64,000 nt of DNA. Source: an uncultured Candidatus Saccharibacteria bacterium. Its GTDB lineage: Bacteria > Patescibacteriota > Minisyncoccia > Phycocordibacterales > UBA6065. Made by a program: the position numbers and the translations under genes. The notes below the pieces were generated by a model. The model had not been told where the DNA came from and made no database searches. It saw nothing but the letters and a program-made list of their open reading frames with translations. Shown piece after piece: positions 50,143-61,100 of the stretch (position 1 is its first letter; each line of letters begins with the position of its first letter). The stretch is taken from contig CAYJCZ010000004.1 in the NCBI GenBank assembly GCA_964368835.1, forward strand, positions 59,385 to 123,384, in the 5' to 3' direction.

Positions 50143-53100
50143 TTATTTCTTCTTGCTAATATCTTTTCCGTCCTTCCTCAGTTCGACGTCGAGTGCAAGA
50201 CCCCTGAGAGAGTTGAGTAATACATGGAATGATGCCGGAATGTTTGGCTGCTGAAGCTGTTCACCCTTAACGATCGAGTCGAATGCAGCTGAGCGTCCCT
50301 GAATGTCGTCTGATTTGATTGTAAGGATTTCTCGCAATGTATGAGCCACTCCGTGACCGAGAAGTGCCCAGACTTCCATTTCTCCGAATCGCTGACCTCC
50401 TCCCTGTGCCTTTCCTCCGAGTGGCTGCTGAGTGATGAGAGAGTAAGGTCCGATTGATCGCATGTGGATCTTGTCCTCCACCATGTGGTGAAGCTTCAAG
50501 ATGTACATGTAACCCACTGAAATATCCTGCTGGAATTTCTCACCAGTTCGTCCATCGTAAAGTGGAATCTTTCCGTTTTCAGGAAGACCTGCTTTTTTGA
50601 GTTCTTGCTTGATTTCAACATCAGTTGCTCCTGCAAATGGCGGAACAATAGCCTGGTAGTTGAGAGTGTTTGCTGCAAGTCCGAGGTGAAGTTCAAGAAT
50701 CTGTCCGAGGTTCATACGTGATGGCACGCCGAGCGGTGTCAAAATAACATCGATCGGAGTTCCGTCAGCTGAATATGGCATATCTTCTTCAGGGAGAATC
50801 TTTGAGATAACTCCTTTGTTTCCGTGTCGTCCTGCAAGCTTGTCACCTACAGATACAGTTCGAAGCTGTGCGACTTCAACGTGAATTCGCTTGATAATAC
50901 CTGATTCGAGCTTATCGCCCTTCTCTCGTGAGAATACTTTGACTGAAATGATTCGGCCTTTCTTGCCTCCTTCCATTCGCTTTGATGTATCTTTCACATC
51001 GCGCGCCTTTTCACCGAAGATAGACCTTAGAAGTCGCTCTTCTGGAGTAAGCTGAGTTTCACCCTTTGGAGTAATTTTACCAACGAGAATGTCTCCAGAT
51101 CGTACTTCTGCACCGATTCGAATGATACCGTCTTCGTCGAGGTTTCGAAGCTTCTGCTCACCAACGTTTGGAATGTCATGAGTTGTTACTTCAGGTCCGA
51201 GCTTTGTATCTCGCACGTTAACAACGAACTCTTCGATGTGAATCGAGGTGAACTTTGAGTTCTTTACGACTCGCTCAGAGATGATGATTGCGTCTTCGTA
51301 GTTAGCACCTGACCATGACATAAATGCCACGAGCATGTTCTGACCGAGAGCAATCTGTCCACCGTCTGATGATGATGCGTCAACAAGAACCTGTCCCTTT
51401 GTTACTTTCTCGTTAAGAGAAACAACCGGTCGCTGATGATATGCGGTAAATCCGTTTGTTCGCTGGAATGAAACGAGTTTATAGGTAGTTTCCTTTCCTT
51501 TCGCATTCTTAAATACAACTTTATTTGCATCTACAGCTGAAATAACGCCGTCTTCTGGAGCAAGAACGATTCGTCCTGTGTATTCTGCTGCTTTTGCCTC
51601 AATACCTGTCGCAACAAGTGGAGCTTCAGGAATAATACAAGGCGTAGCCTGCTTCTGCATGTTCGAACCCATGAGTGCTCGGTTTGCGTCATCGTGGTTT
51701 AGGAACGGGATCATGTTTGTCGCAATCGAGAACGCCTGGTTCGTCGATACGTCAATGAAGTCCACATCCTCTCGCTTTACGATGGTTGGGCTGCCGTTTT
51801 GTCGCACTTCTACAACATCTTCAGAAATCCTGCCGTCTTTGTCATACAAAGTTGCAGCGTGAGCAATTCGATAGCTTTCTTCTTCAAGAGCGTTCAAGTA
51901 CACAATTTCTTTTGTGACTTTTCCTCCCTTTACCTTTGCATACGGAGTTTCGATCATTCCGAAGTCATTGAGACGAGCGTAGGTAGATAGACGAAGAATA
52001 AGACCAATGTTTGGACCTTCTGGGGTGTGAATAGGGCAAAGTCGTCCGTAGTGAGATGGGTGAACGTCTCGAACTTCAAAGCCTGCTCGTTCTCGAGTAA
52101 GACCTCCGGGACCGAGTGCTGAAAGCGTTCGAAGGTGTTCAAGCTCAGTAAGGATGTTTTCCTGCTGCATGAACTGTGAGAGCTGGTTTGTCGTAAAGAA
52201 TTCCTTGAGTCGTGCCTGGAGCGGTCGTGGAGAAACGAATGTCAAAGGCTGAGTCGTATCTGGTTCGATAGTCGACATCCGGTCCTGAATATTTCGCTTC
52301 ATCTGTGAAAGACCAACACGAAGCTTCTGCTGCATGAGCTCACCTACATACCTCACACGTCGTGATCCGAGGTGATCGATATCGTCTTCTGTAGCGTCAA
52401 GCTTGTTGTTCAAGTGAACGATGTGACCAATGATAGTTGCAAGGTCATCAGCAGTGATTGTCTTCTGCTCAAGATCCTTTTCATCCATTGATTTGCCGAA
52501 TCGCTTGTTAAAGCGGAATCGTCCTACATTTGAGAGATCATAGCGATCCTTGTGGAAAAGGGTACCAATAAACTCACGTGCATTGTCTGCAGTAGCAAGA
52601 TCTCCGTCTCGAAGTCGCTTGTGAATCTCTATATATGCGTCATTAACAGTCTTCGCTGTGTCCTTTGCAAGGCTTGCTGCAACTACCTTCATAGCAGTCT
52701 CATCGCCCTTGAAGTACGCAAGGATTTTTTCGTCCGTATCTGCTCCGAGAGCTCGGAGGAGTGCGGTAACCATAAACTTTCGCTTTCGGTCGATACGAGC
52801 ATATATCGTGCCGTCATTGTCAGTCTCAATTTCAAGCCATACGCCTCGTGCAGGGATCACTTTGGCGCCGAATACTGTCTTGCCTTTCACTTCATCAGAC
52901 GTAAAGAATACGCCGAAAGATCGCGCAAGCTGGGGAACAATTACGCGTTCAATACCATTGATGATGAAAGTACCGTGAGATGTCATCAAAGGAAAATCAG
53001 CAAGGAAAATTTCCTGCTCCTTTTCTGAGTTAAACATCTTGTTACGAAGCTTTATACGAACCTTGAGGGGAGCTTCGTATGAAAGCTTATTGTCTTTTGC

Positions 53101-53322
53101 ATAGTGCTCGTCGTACTTTGCTTCTGAGAGCTCAAATCCTGTGAATGAAAGTTCGAATTTCTTGTCCGAATAGTCCTTAATCGGAGAAAATTCCTGGAAA
53201 AGGTCTGAAAGACCCTTCTCAATGAGCCACTTGAACGATTCCGTCTGTGCCTCCACGAGATTTGGAATGTCCGAAAGGGCCTCCTTGAATCGTCCGAAAT
53301 ACTTTTGTTCCCTTTTTATCAT
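50143..53322 (-). CDS. rpoB: DNA-directed RNA polymerase subunit beta
   Basis: Conserved beta-subunit blocks (GRHGNKGVISKILPEEDMPY; LGGKAQGGGQRFGEMEVWAL); compact 1059 aa form. Confidence 0.95.
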   Translation of the reverse strand: MIKREQKYFGRFKEALSDIPNLVEAQTESFKWLIEKGLSDLFQEFSPIKDYSDKKFELSFTGFELSEAKYDEHYAKDNKLSYEAPLKVRIKLRNKMFNSEKEQEIFLADFPLMTSHGTFIINGIERVIVPQLARSFGVFFTSDEVKGKTVFGAKVIPARGVWLEIETDNDGTIYARIDRKRKFMVTALLRALGADTDEKILAYFKGDETAMKVVAASLAKDTAKTVNDAYIEIHKRLRDGDLATADNAREFIGTLFHKDRYDLSNVGRFRFNKRFGKSMDEKDLEQKTITADDLATIIGHIVHLNNKLDATEDDIDHLGSRRVRYVGELMQQKLRVGLSQMKRNIQDRMSTIEPDTTQPLTFVSPRPLQARLKEFFTTNQLSQFMQQENILTELEHLRTLSALGPGGLTRERAGFEVRDVHPSHYGRLCPIHTPEGPNIGLILRLSTYARLNDFGMIETPYAKVKGGKVTKEIVYLNALEEESYRIAHAATLYDKDGRISEDVVEVRQNGSPTIVKREDVDFIDVSTNQAFSIATNMIPFLNHDDANRALMGSNMQKQATPCIIPEAPLVATGIEAKAAEYTGRIVLAPEDGVISAVDANKVVFKNAKGKETTYKLVSFQRTNGFTAYHQRPVVSLNEKVTKGQVLVDASSSDGGQIALGQNMLVAFMSWSGANYEDAIIISERVVKNSKFTSIHIEEFVVNVRDTKLGPEVTTHDIPNVGEQKLRNLDEDGIIRIGAEVRSGDILVGKITPKGETQLTPEERLLRSIFGEKARDVKDTSKRMEGGKKGRIISVKVFSREKGDKLESGIIKRIHVEVAQLRTVSVGDKLAGRHGNKGVISKILPEEDMPYSADGTPIDVILTPLGVPSRMNLGQILELHLGLAANTLNYQAIVPPFAGATDVEIKQELKKAGLPENGKIPLYDGRTGEKFQQDISVGYMYILKLHHMVEDKIHMRSIGPYSLITQQPLGGKAQGGGQRFGEMEVWALLGHGVAHTLREILTIKSDDIQGRSAAFDSIVKGEQLQQPNIPASFHVLLNSLRGLALDVELRKDGKDISKKK

Positions 53323-53560
53323 ATCTGTAAAAAAATCTTATAAAAATCATTTTCAAGACCCAACAAAATCATAGACACAAAAAGAACGCAAAACTACCTC
53401 GTGTAAAGAGGTTTCCGGTTCGTTTAGATCGATCTTATGAAAGTGTAGGCAAGAAAAGGATAAAAACCCTTGTAAATACTTCGTGTTTCCCCATTAACAC
53501 AATCTTGCTCGAAGTGATGTAGATACTATAGGAAAAGGTCGATTCCGTCAAGGAAATCCC

Positions 53561-54376
53561 TTAGTTTCCTGAAATACTGAAGTCTGGACCTACGAGTGGT
53601 GTACCTTTTATCGTGTAATCAATATCAGCAGACGTGCTCATATGGCCCTTAATGCTCTCAATTTTGATGCGGACCATTCCTTTTCGTGGTGTCTGACCGT
53701 TTATAACAAATGAGATTGGATCTGAGGCAACGTGACTCAAAATCTTTGTAGTGTGTGATTCATTTATAACTGACGTGTCTTCAATTATTTTTACGCCAGA
53801 GACAAGAGAAACCGTGAGATCTCCGGATCGATATGCTTCAGATACAATTCTCCACGTAATTGAATCGATATACCAAGTACCAAGAGCCTGTGTTTTTCCA
53901 GGAACTGATTCAATAGTGAGAAGAGTCGTACCGTTTTTAACATTTCTTGGCGAAACAAATCCCGCTGGAGTAAAACCAGTGTTGAGAACATATGTTGGTA
54001 CCTCAACCTGTACAACAGCAGAGGTGGTTGATGGTGGTGTTACTGATGTTGGTTTCGTAGGGCTCGTCGTAGGTTTTGCGGTGGTTTTAACAGCAGGAAT
54101 TACTGTTGCTGGAGGCGTAGTCTTTACTGGAGCGGGATTTGAAGGCCTTGCAGGCACAACAGGAGGCATCACAGGTGGGACAGTTACATCTATTTTAGAA
54201 TCAAGAGTTGTAGTTGCAACAATTTCTACTTTCGGAGTCTGATTTTTCTTAAACCATGAAAAAGGATTCCACCATGCAGCACTTGCCGTGAGTGGCGCAA
54301 TCATCGCTACTGCGAGTGAAGCAATAACTAAAGCTTTAGATGTGTGTTTCATGGTTTTGCTAGAAATGTTAATCAA
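53561..54376 (-). CDS. Secreted protein with Pro/Thr-rich linker; hypothetical
   Basis: Signal/anchor ALVIASLAVAMIAPLTASA, then a PT-rich low-complexity stretch and a C-terminal beta-rich domain. Confidence 0.5.
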   Translation of the reverse strand: MINISSKTMKHTSKALVIASLAVAMIAPLTASAAWWNPFSWFKKNQTPKVEIVATTTLDSKIDVTVPPVMPPVVPARPSNPAPVKTTPPATVIPAVKTTAKPTTSPTKPTSVTPPSTTSAVVQVEVPTYVLNTGFTPAGFVSPRNVKNGTTLLTIESVPGKTQALGTWYIDSITWRIVSEAYRSGDLTVSLVSGVKIIEDTSVINESHTTKILSHVASDPISFVINGQTPRKGMVRIKIESIKGHMSTSADIDYTIKGTPLVGPDFSISGN

Positions 54377-54394
54377 TACACTAAGTATACCTCC

Positions 54395-55576
54395 TTATTT
54401 CTTATCTATACCCTTCTCAACTTTTCTGATCTCTTTGATAATCTCCTTTTCTGTATCAGCAAGACTTTCATTAAGCTTTGAAACTGCCTTACCCTGCTCA
54501 TAAGTGAGATTTACAGAATTAGGATTTCTCTCGAGCGAATCAACATCCTTCTCTATAGATGCTCTTGGAATATCAAAAGTCTTATCAACTGTGTTTTCCA
54601 TTTCTTCTAGATCCTCTCTAATACCCTTTTTAACGTCTCTAACACGCTTCTTAGCCCACAAAATAATAAGCGTAATAAGAACTAGCAGGATAAGTAGCAA
54701 TATCCACAATGACTGGTTGAATGATAAGAGCGGCTGAGGGCTTGTAGCAGAAGTTACAGTGACGGATTTCTTATCTGAAGGAATACTTTTTTCTCCCAAC
54801 TCGTTTTCAGCTACAGCATAAAGCTCGTACTTGCCCTCCGGGATAGGTTTTTCATAGCCCACAAAGAATCTTCCTGTGCTTTCGGCCGTAGTGTCGATCT
54901 TGATTGAAGTATCCTTCTCGCCATCAAGATAAATATGAATCATGGCTTTACTAAACGAATTTCCTTGAACTACGAACGGAGAACCTGAATACACTTTACT
55001 TATGTAGTAGGTAATTTCAGGAGCTTTAAGCTTTTCAGGTACTTTAACTGGTGGCTCCTTTGGTTCTGGCTTTACTGGTGCGGCCACAGGAGCAGCTGCG
55101 CCAATCTCATAGGTCGCACCAATGGAATTACGCAAAATATTTGTTCCATTTCCATCATTTGCAAGTACCGCACCGCCCGAAAACTTAACTTCCGCAGAAC
55201 CAATTGCTAATGGTCTAAAATTTATAGTTACCAAGGTTCCCGATGATCCAGTGTATCCAGGATTAGGAATTACACCCTCAAACTTGATTGTTCCGTCTGT
55301 ATTAGAAAAAGTAGGCTCTTCAACCCAAAGAGACACAATTGATCCCGCCTTTGAAATAGAATCTACTTTAAGTTTATCCTTAGGAAACTTAATTGATGCT
55401 GAAAAAGCATTTACAGCCTGGCTTGGAGACGAAACGTAGACCTTTACAGATAACACACGTCCTACCGCAGATGTGCCTGTAGATGGAGAAAGAAAAAGCG
55501 TGTCAGCGCTAACTGAAAAAGGTAATCCTACGAGGATTATCGCAAATATCGCCGTGCGAACAAAAAGAGAACCCAT
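54395..55576 (-). CDS. Cohesin-like domain surface protein with C-terminal TM helix and charged cytoplasmic tail
   Basis: Signal peptide; FSASIKFPKDKLKVDSISKAGSIVSLWVEEP...GTIKFEGVIPNPGYTGSSGTLVTINFRPLAIG resembles cohesin; then TM LWILLLILLVLITLIILWA. Confidence 0.55.
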   Translation of the reverse strand: MGSLFVRTAIFAIILVGLPFSVSADTLFLSPSTGTSAVGRVLSVKVYVSSPSQAVNAFSASIKFPKDKLKVDSISKAGSIVSLWVEEPTFSNTDGTIKFEGVIPNPGYTGSSGTLVTINFRPLAIGSAEVKFSGGAVLANDGNGTNILRNSIGATYEIGAAAPVAAPVKPEPKEPPVKVPEKLKAPEITYYISKVYSGSPFVVQGNSFSKAMIHIYLDGEKDTSIKIDTTAESTGRFFVGYEKPIPEGKYELYAVAENELGEKSIPSDKKSVTVTSATSPQPLLSFNQSLWILLLILLVLITLIILWAKKRVRDVKKGIREDLEEMENTVDKTFDIPRASIEKDVDSLERNPNSVNLTYEQGKAVSKLNESLADTEKEIIKEIRKVEKGIDKK

Positions 55577-56367
55577 AATGCTATGCCTATAATTATAACC
55601 TCAAATACTCTTGTCGCATAGATGTAAGAACCAGCTACTTTTTCCACACGGGTATTACCAGCATTATCTGTTGCTCGAACGTAGATTGTTTTGAAAAGAT
55701 CGAGTTTTGATAGAAATACTTGCCCAGAAGTTTCTTTCCACGCGCCCTTAGACGGCTCACCAAACCATGAAGTTGCCCATTCATACTTTTGTATTCCAGT
55801 TCCCTTGTCCTGTGTTGCAAAGACCACAAATCTGCCCTCGTTGATTGATTCATCCTTTTCTATAGTGAGGACAAATTTTTCAGGCGCTGTTGTGTCTGCA
55901 AAAGCATCTGTGCCACCAGTTGTATTACTAAACGCAAAATGTGTCGCAAGAAGTCTTGAGCCTATCAATGTGCCCTCTGAGTCATTTCGATGCACTTCTC
56001 CATCTGTAAACGTAAGTGTTGCCTGGGTTATTTCGCTATTTTTAAGGGTGAATGAAAATAATTTGCCATCTCCGATGAAACCGCCAGGAATAATTCCTGA
56101 AAATGAAACCGTGCCGTTAGTTTCCTTTGGTTGTTCAACCCATAGCACAAGTATTGAGCCTCCTGTTGAAATTTTAGATAGAGTAAGTCCTTTTGGTAAG
56201 GTAAAGCTTCCTCCGACCGCATTTACTTTATCTCCGCTCGTATCAAGTAAAACTGTAATGACGGTTTCCTCAGATTTTACCTCGTATGGATGATCAAAAT
56301 GAAAAGTAGCCGCTTGCGCTAGGAACGGAGAAAGGAACAATCCAACAATAAATAGTATTTTTTTCAT
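55537..56367 (-). CDS. Cohesin-like domain secreted protein (paralog), C-terminal TM anchor
   Basis: Signal MKKILFIVGLFLSPFLAQA; GGSFTLPKGLTLSKISTGGSILVLWVEQPKETNGTVSFSGIIPGGF parallels the adjacent gene. Confidence 0.55.
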   Translation of the reverse strand: MKKILFIVGLFLSPFLAQAATFHFDHPYEVKSEETVITVLLDTSGDKVNAVGGSFTLPKGLTLSKISTGGSILVLWVEQPKETNGTVSFSGIIPGGFIGDGKLFSFTLKNSEITQATLTFTDGEVHRNDSEGTLIGSRLLATHFAFSNTTGGTDAFADTTAPEKFVLTIEKDESINEGRFVVFATQDKGTGIQKYEWATSWFGEPSKGAWKETSGQVFLSKLDLFKTIYVRATDNAGNTRVEKVAGSYIYATRVFEVIIIGIALWVLFLFARRYLR

Positions 56368-57671
56368 TATCCAGTCCAGTTATATGCCAAGATGCTAAAG
56401 TCCGCGAGTGTTACCTTGCCGTCAGAGTTCAAGTCTACCTTAGGCGGCATATTAGTTCTCTTGTACCAATACGCAACAATTGAGTAATCAGTTAAGTTTA
56501 CTCTACAGTCTCCGTTCATATCACCCCTTCGTGTACACGCAACCACTTCAACTGCCACGTTTTTTGTTCCGACAATGAAGCCAACAGCTGAACTAAAAGA
56601 GGTGATTTCGTTTAGAAGGGAGCTTTTTGATTTTGTCGTGTGATCACCAAGCTCAAGAGGGGCCGTGCCGAAGTTATAGAAATAAACTCCTGCGCTATCG
56701 GCCCTCGTATTCACAAAATGGGTTTCCTCAGAGTTAACTTGAATAGTCATGTTTGCAAAAGGAGCTGACTGGCCAAATATTCCTATATCATCACCTTTTT
56801 TAACTTGTGATTTATCGACAGCAATTGTGGGTGCAATAAATATTCCGTTAACTTCTGTTGTGACACCTGAAAGTACCGTTACTGGGAACGTTAAGAGGCT
56901 TGATCGCCTGCCAGCATTGTCTTCACCGTAGAGAGAAAAGAAATATGTGCCCGGAGTCAGGTCGGATGCAAGTGCCTGAAATGATGCGGTCGGGTCAGAT
57001 ACAGTAGTCATAAGCACCTGGGCATCTTTAAGAACCGTAACAGTTATTCGTGGATACGCCCTCCCAATAAATTTCACTGCAGTGGCTGCACCTCCTCCGC
57101 CCCCACCGCCTCCACCACCGCCCCCTCCTCCGCCTCCTCCACCACCGCCAGGTGCTGCAGGTGTAGAAGAAACTTGTGTTGATGTAGCAATAGCATTACC
57201 CAAAGCATCGAGCACGCGAATCACAAAGTAATACGAAGTACCGTTCGTAAGACTTGTTCGTGTTGATGAAAGCACATTACCAACGTTCGAGTACGTATAC
57301 GGACCACCAGAAACAATTGCTTGTCCTACTTCATAGCCGCCGACTACCCAACCCAAAGAAGAATCAGCCGAGGTCCATGAAAGCGCCACCTGCGCGTTAC
57401 CTGCCGTAGCAGAAATAACCGGAGTGCTTACATATGGGAAATACAAAAATCCGCCCAAGCCTCCATATGAGGCTGAAGCGGATTCGCCAATTGCTGGCTC
57501 TGAAATGACACTTATAAGTCCAAAACTAGTTGAAGACGCGCTACCGCCCGAATACATCACAGGATTTTGTACTGTGTAGTTTGAAGAAGAAAATTCCTGC
57601 GCGTAGGCTACCGTCGCCATAGATAGGACAGCAAACAAGAGAATTCGTAGTGATAATCGTAGAGATGACAT
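56367..57671 (-). CDS. Secreted FN3-domain protein with 20-residue poly-Gly tract and C-terminal dockerin-like repeats
   Basis: Signal peptide; SATAGNAQVALSWTSADSSLGWVVGGYEV (FN3-like); G175-G194 all Gly; C-terminus DMNGDCRVNLTDYSIVAYWY...DLNSDGKVTLADFSILAYNW, two dockerin-type Ca-binding repeats. Confidence 0.6.
   Translation of the reverse strand: MSSLRLSLRILLFAVLSMATVAYAQEFSSSNYTVQNPVMYSGGSASSTSFGLISVISEPAIGESASASYGGLGGFLYFPYVSTPVISATAGNAQVALSWTSADSSLGWVVGGYEVGQAIVSGGPYTYSNVGNVLSSTRTSLTNGTSYYFVIRVLDALGNAIATSTQVSSTPAAPGGGGGGGGGGGGGGGGGGGGAATAVKFIGRAYPRITVTVLKDAQVLMTTVSDPTASFQALASDLTPGTYFFSLYGEDNAGRRSSLLTFPVTVLSGVTTEVNGIFIAPTIAVDKSQVKKGDDIGIFGQSAPFANMTIQVNSEETHFVNTRADSAGVYFYNFGTAPLELGDHTTKSKSSLLNEITSFSSAVGFIVGTKNVAVEVVACTRRGDMNGDCRVNLTDYSIVAYWYKRTNMPPKVDLNSDGKVTLADFSILAYNWTG
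57090..57149 (-). repeat. Low-complexity tract encoding 20 consecutive Gly (mixed GGN codons)
   Basis: Plus strand cctccgcccccaccgcctccaccaccgccccctcctccgcctcctccaccaccgcc. Confidence 0.9.
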
Positions 57672-57684
57672 CTATAGTGTGCGC

Positions 57685-58077
57685 CTAATTACCAGACACC
57701 GCCGAATCAGAAATATTTATTCCGGAAATCTCAATAATTTTCTTTGTTGATGGGCGCCATAGAATTGCCTTTCGAGATGTAGGATACACCAATACCTTGT
57801 CCCCAACTTCAGCTCGCGCAAAGAATGGTTGGTCCTTTAATTTTTCTGGATCTGAAACCGTTGCAAGCGTTGGCTGTTCATCTGTTGGCAAATACACTGT
57901 CTTGCCAATTTCTGCAATAATCTTTGCTAACTCTTTTTCCTGGGATGCCTCAGGATGCTTTAATGCGTTCAATTCTCTATAAAGCAATCCCGTAGACGTA
58001 GCCAGGCCAATTATAAGCAATAGAACTACAACAAAGGAAATCTTAAACCCCCTTGGCAATGCGCTAAAGTTTTTCAT
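57685..58077 (-). CDS. Small membrane-anchored hypothetical protein
   Basis: 130 aa with an N-terminal TM helix. Confidence 0.45.
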   Translation of the reverse strand: MKNFSALPRGFKISFVVVLLLIIGLATSTGLLYRELNALKHPEASQEKELAKIIAEIGKTVYLPTDEQPTLATVSDPEKLKDQPFFARAEVGDKVLVYPTSRKAILWRPSTKKIIEISGINISDSAVSGN

Positions 58078-58108
58078 AAAAACATTATATCAGCATTGCT
58101 GACCCGCG

Positions 58109-61100
58109 CTATCCACCAGATGTTTCTGAGGGAGTGCTTTCTGTTGATTCTGAACTTGTTGATTCGGTTGGAGCTGGCTCTTGAGGGGCTTCTTGGGGTG
58201 CTTCTTCAATAACTGGTGGAGTTGGCTCTGGCTCAGTAACTACCACTTCTTCATCCTGCGGTGCAGGAGGCAATATTGGATCCTCGATCACCTGTCCTGT
58301 TGAGGTTGCGGTATCCGTTGATGGGCCGGATCCTCCGTCGTTCGTTGTTGTCGCTGTAGATGTGCTCGTTTCTGTGACTGGCGGAATCACAAGTCCGTCC
58401 TCAAACGGTAATACTGTCGGTGTGGTGGTTGGTACAACTGACGGAGTCGTTGTCGCGTTGTCTGTGACTACTACATCCGTTACGGGTACTTCAACACCAT
58501 CAATTCTTGAGGTAAAGAGCTTTGAGCCCTTAACCATGAGTGCCATCCAGTTGAAAGTCATGTCTTCTGGCGCTGGCTTGTTGAGGACAATACTGAATCC
58601 ACCTGTTGTCTTTCTGCTTACAAGGAACGCAATTCCGTTTTGGAATATCGCTTCTTCGAGCGCCTCACTTGTGCTTGCGTTATCGAGTGCAATCGTTGCA
58701 GAGACAATCGGAGTCTCGAGATATTCTCTGTCGAAGACAATTTCTACTCGTTTGTCTCCCTTCCTTATAAGTGCCGCACCCGCTGTGTCTGTTGTGAAGT
58801 ATGGTCGACCGAAGAATGAGACGTCACCGAGGATTTGTATTGTTGTGCTTGCAGATGCAATCGTATCAACAATGAGTCCTGATGATGTTGTTGTTCCGTA
58901 CACAGTGAGTCGCTTTGTCTCAAACGCATCTGATGTAAGAGTACCTGCGAACAATCCATTACCCTTGTTGTCGAATGAAACCGCGAGGAATGATTCTGTT
59001 GTAGTTCCCATTACATCAACCGTAGTCGTACCTGCTTCTGTTGTAGTTGCGAATGAATCAATAACTGACGCTGTCTGCTTTGTACCGTACATTCGGAAGA
59101 AGCCAGATTCTGATGGTGTGAGGTCAATAGATGTTGCCTTGAGTGTTTGTGTCGTTAGATCAGTCGTGGTCAAGGTCTTTGCTGTCATTGTCATACCTTC
59201 TACAGCGTCAGATCGTAGAATTCGAGAGATGATTGTCGGGCTGATCACTTCTGTGATGAAGCTTCCTCGGTCTGCAAAGAGTTCTGATCGAGATGAAGCC
59301 TCCATGCCTCGATTTCCCTTCAAGTCTTCAAGGTAAGAGAGGATTTCACCATCTCGGCCTGTAAGTGTTGATGTCGCTGTTGTAGTTGTAGCTGTAGTTG
59401 TTGTGCTTATTTCCTCTGCTGCAACTCCGTATGGCTGTGAAGGAATTCGATTCTCCTTGTACGCAGTGAGATTTTCATCAACAGAGCTACCAAGATAATC
59501 GACGAGGTTTACGAACATCATGATCGTACCGCATTTTCGTCCAGCAACCGCGACACCCGCCTCAGGACAATCTTCAAGTGAATTTACATCGAGTGACTCA
59601 AGTGCCTTACCGATTACATGACCAGCCACTGTTGCCTTCATTGCATGACCTGGTACTGATGATGGAGCAAGATAGTCGCCTTGTCGGATGATGCCGTTTT
59701 CTGTAGAGACCTTTACTGGTACTCGTCCGATAAGTGCGATTGGATATGAATCCTCAGTGTATGCACCAGCAACGAATCCAGGATCTGTAGATACAACTCC
59801 GATTGCATTTGGCTGATATCTATAGACAGTCTTCTGTACGCCGTGATTGTTTTGCGGATCAATTGCTACAACCTCGCCCGGCTTAAGTTCAACCTGTGAT
59901 CGGTATCGTTCTGCAAGGTCGGCTCCAGATGAGTTGAATGTTGCACCTTCTGCGGCGTAGACGTTTCCGTTTGAAGAAATTCGAAGCATGGTAAGTCCAT
60001 CAGCCTGGAGGTTTACAAAGTCGACGTCCTTTGTTACGGATACTTCTGTAAGTACAGGACTCGCAAGTTCTCGCTTTGTCTGCACTGGTGATGCACCGTT
60101 GTACCACACATCTGTGTATACACCTGTATATGATGGGAATTCACGCTTGAAGTTAAAGGTTACTTGCAACCACACATCGCCCACACTTGGATTAATTTTT
60201 TGTCCTGGTCCTGAGATTGGTCGGGCAACTGCATTTTGCAATCCCGCCTGAGTTGAAGCTGTTCTAACCTCAGCTGATACTCCCTTGAATGCCGGAGTAA
60301 CTTTCCAGTTAAGAACTGAGTTTTCATCAAGATCAGTAATATTAATCTGTTCAGATCGATAAATACCTGATGCTACCCATCCTGCATCAACCTTCGAAGT
60401 CATTGTTGACGACGCTGTAGAAGATGCCGCACCTGTAATGAGGAAGAATTTACCATCAGGGCGCTGGAACGCAATGGATCCTGGACCCACGCCCATGTAC
60501 GCAGTGTTCGGTCCTAAGCCGGTCTTGTTATACGCCATAGTTGACGTTGCGATCGTCGTAGGACCATAAGGACCTCCCGCAAGGAACACACCCTGTTGAC
60601 CTCCAAATGGAATGTCTTCAGTTACACCCTGTTCAACACCTGCCTGTTCGAGATAAATATTAGATTTCGTAGTTGAAGCACCTCCAATCATCACAAGCCA
60701 TGACCCGTTTGCCATCGGCATCGCGAAGCTTCCTTCTGGTTTTGTTTGAATACCATTTCCAGGAGCTACACCAGGGATTGTCGGACCAACGATCATTCTG
60801 TTTGTATATGGGTTGTATATGTTTGTTGTGAAGAGCGCATTACATGTCGTAACGGTTGCACCTCCCTTGTAAATCACATACATACCGTCAGCTCGCTGGA
60901 AAGCAAATGCACCTGGACCAGTACCGTTTGTCATGACGGTGTTAGGGTTTGTCTTGAACTGCATCGCTACAGGGTCAAAGAGTGCTGTTGCCGTCTGGAG
61001 GGTACATGTATCGTTAGACGTACCTGGAATGACCAAGAAGGTTCCATCAGGTCGTGGCAATGCAAGTGATCCCTGTCCAATGGTAACTGTGCTTGGTGGA

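Noticed and set aside
57090-57149. Poly-G/C nucleotide tract as a CRISPR repeat or simple SSR
   Set aside because: It is in-frame inside a well-supported secreted-protein gene and uses mixed Gly codons; no repeat-spacer periodicity.
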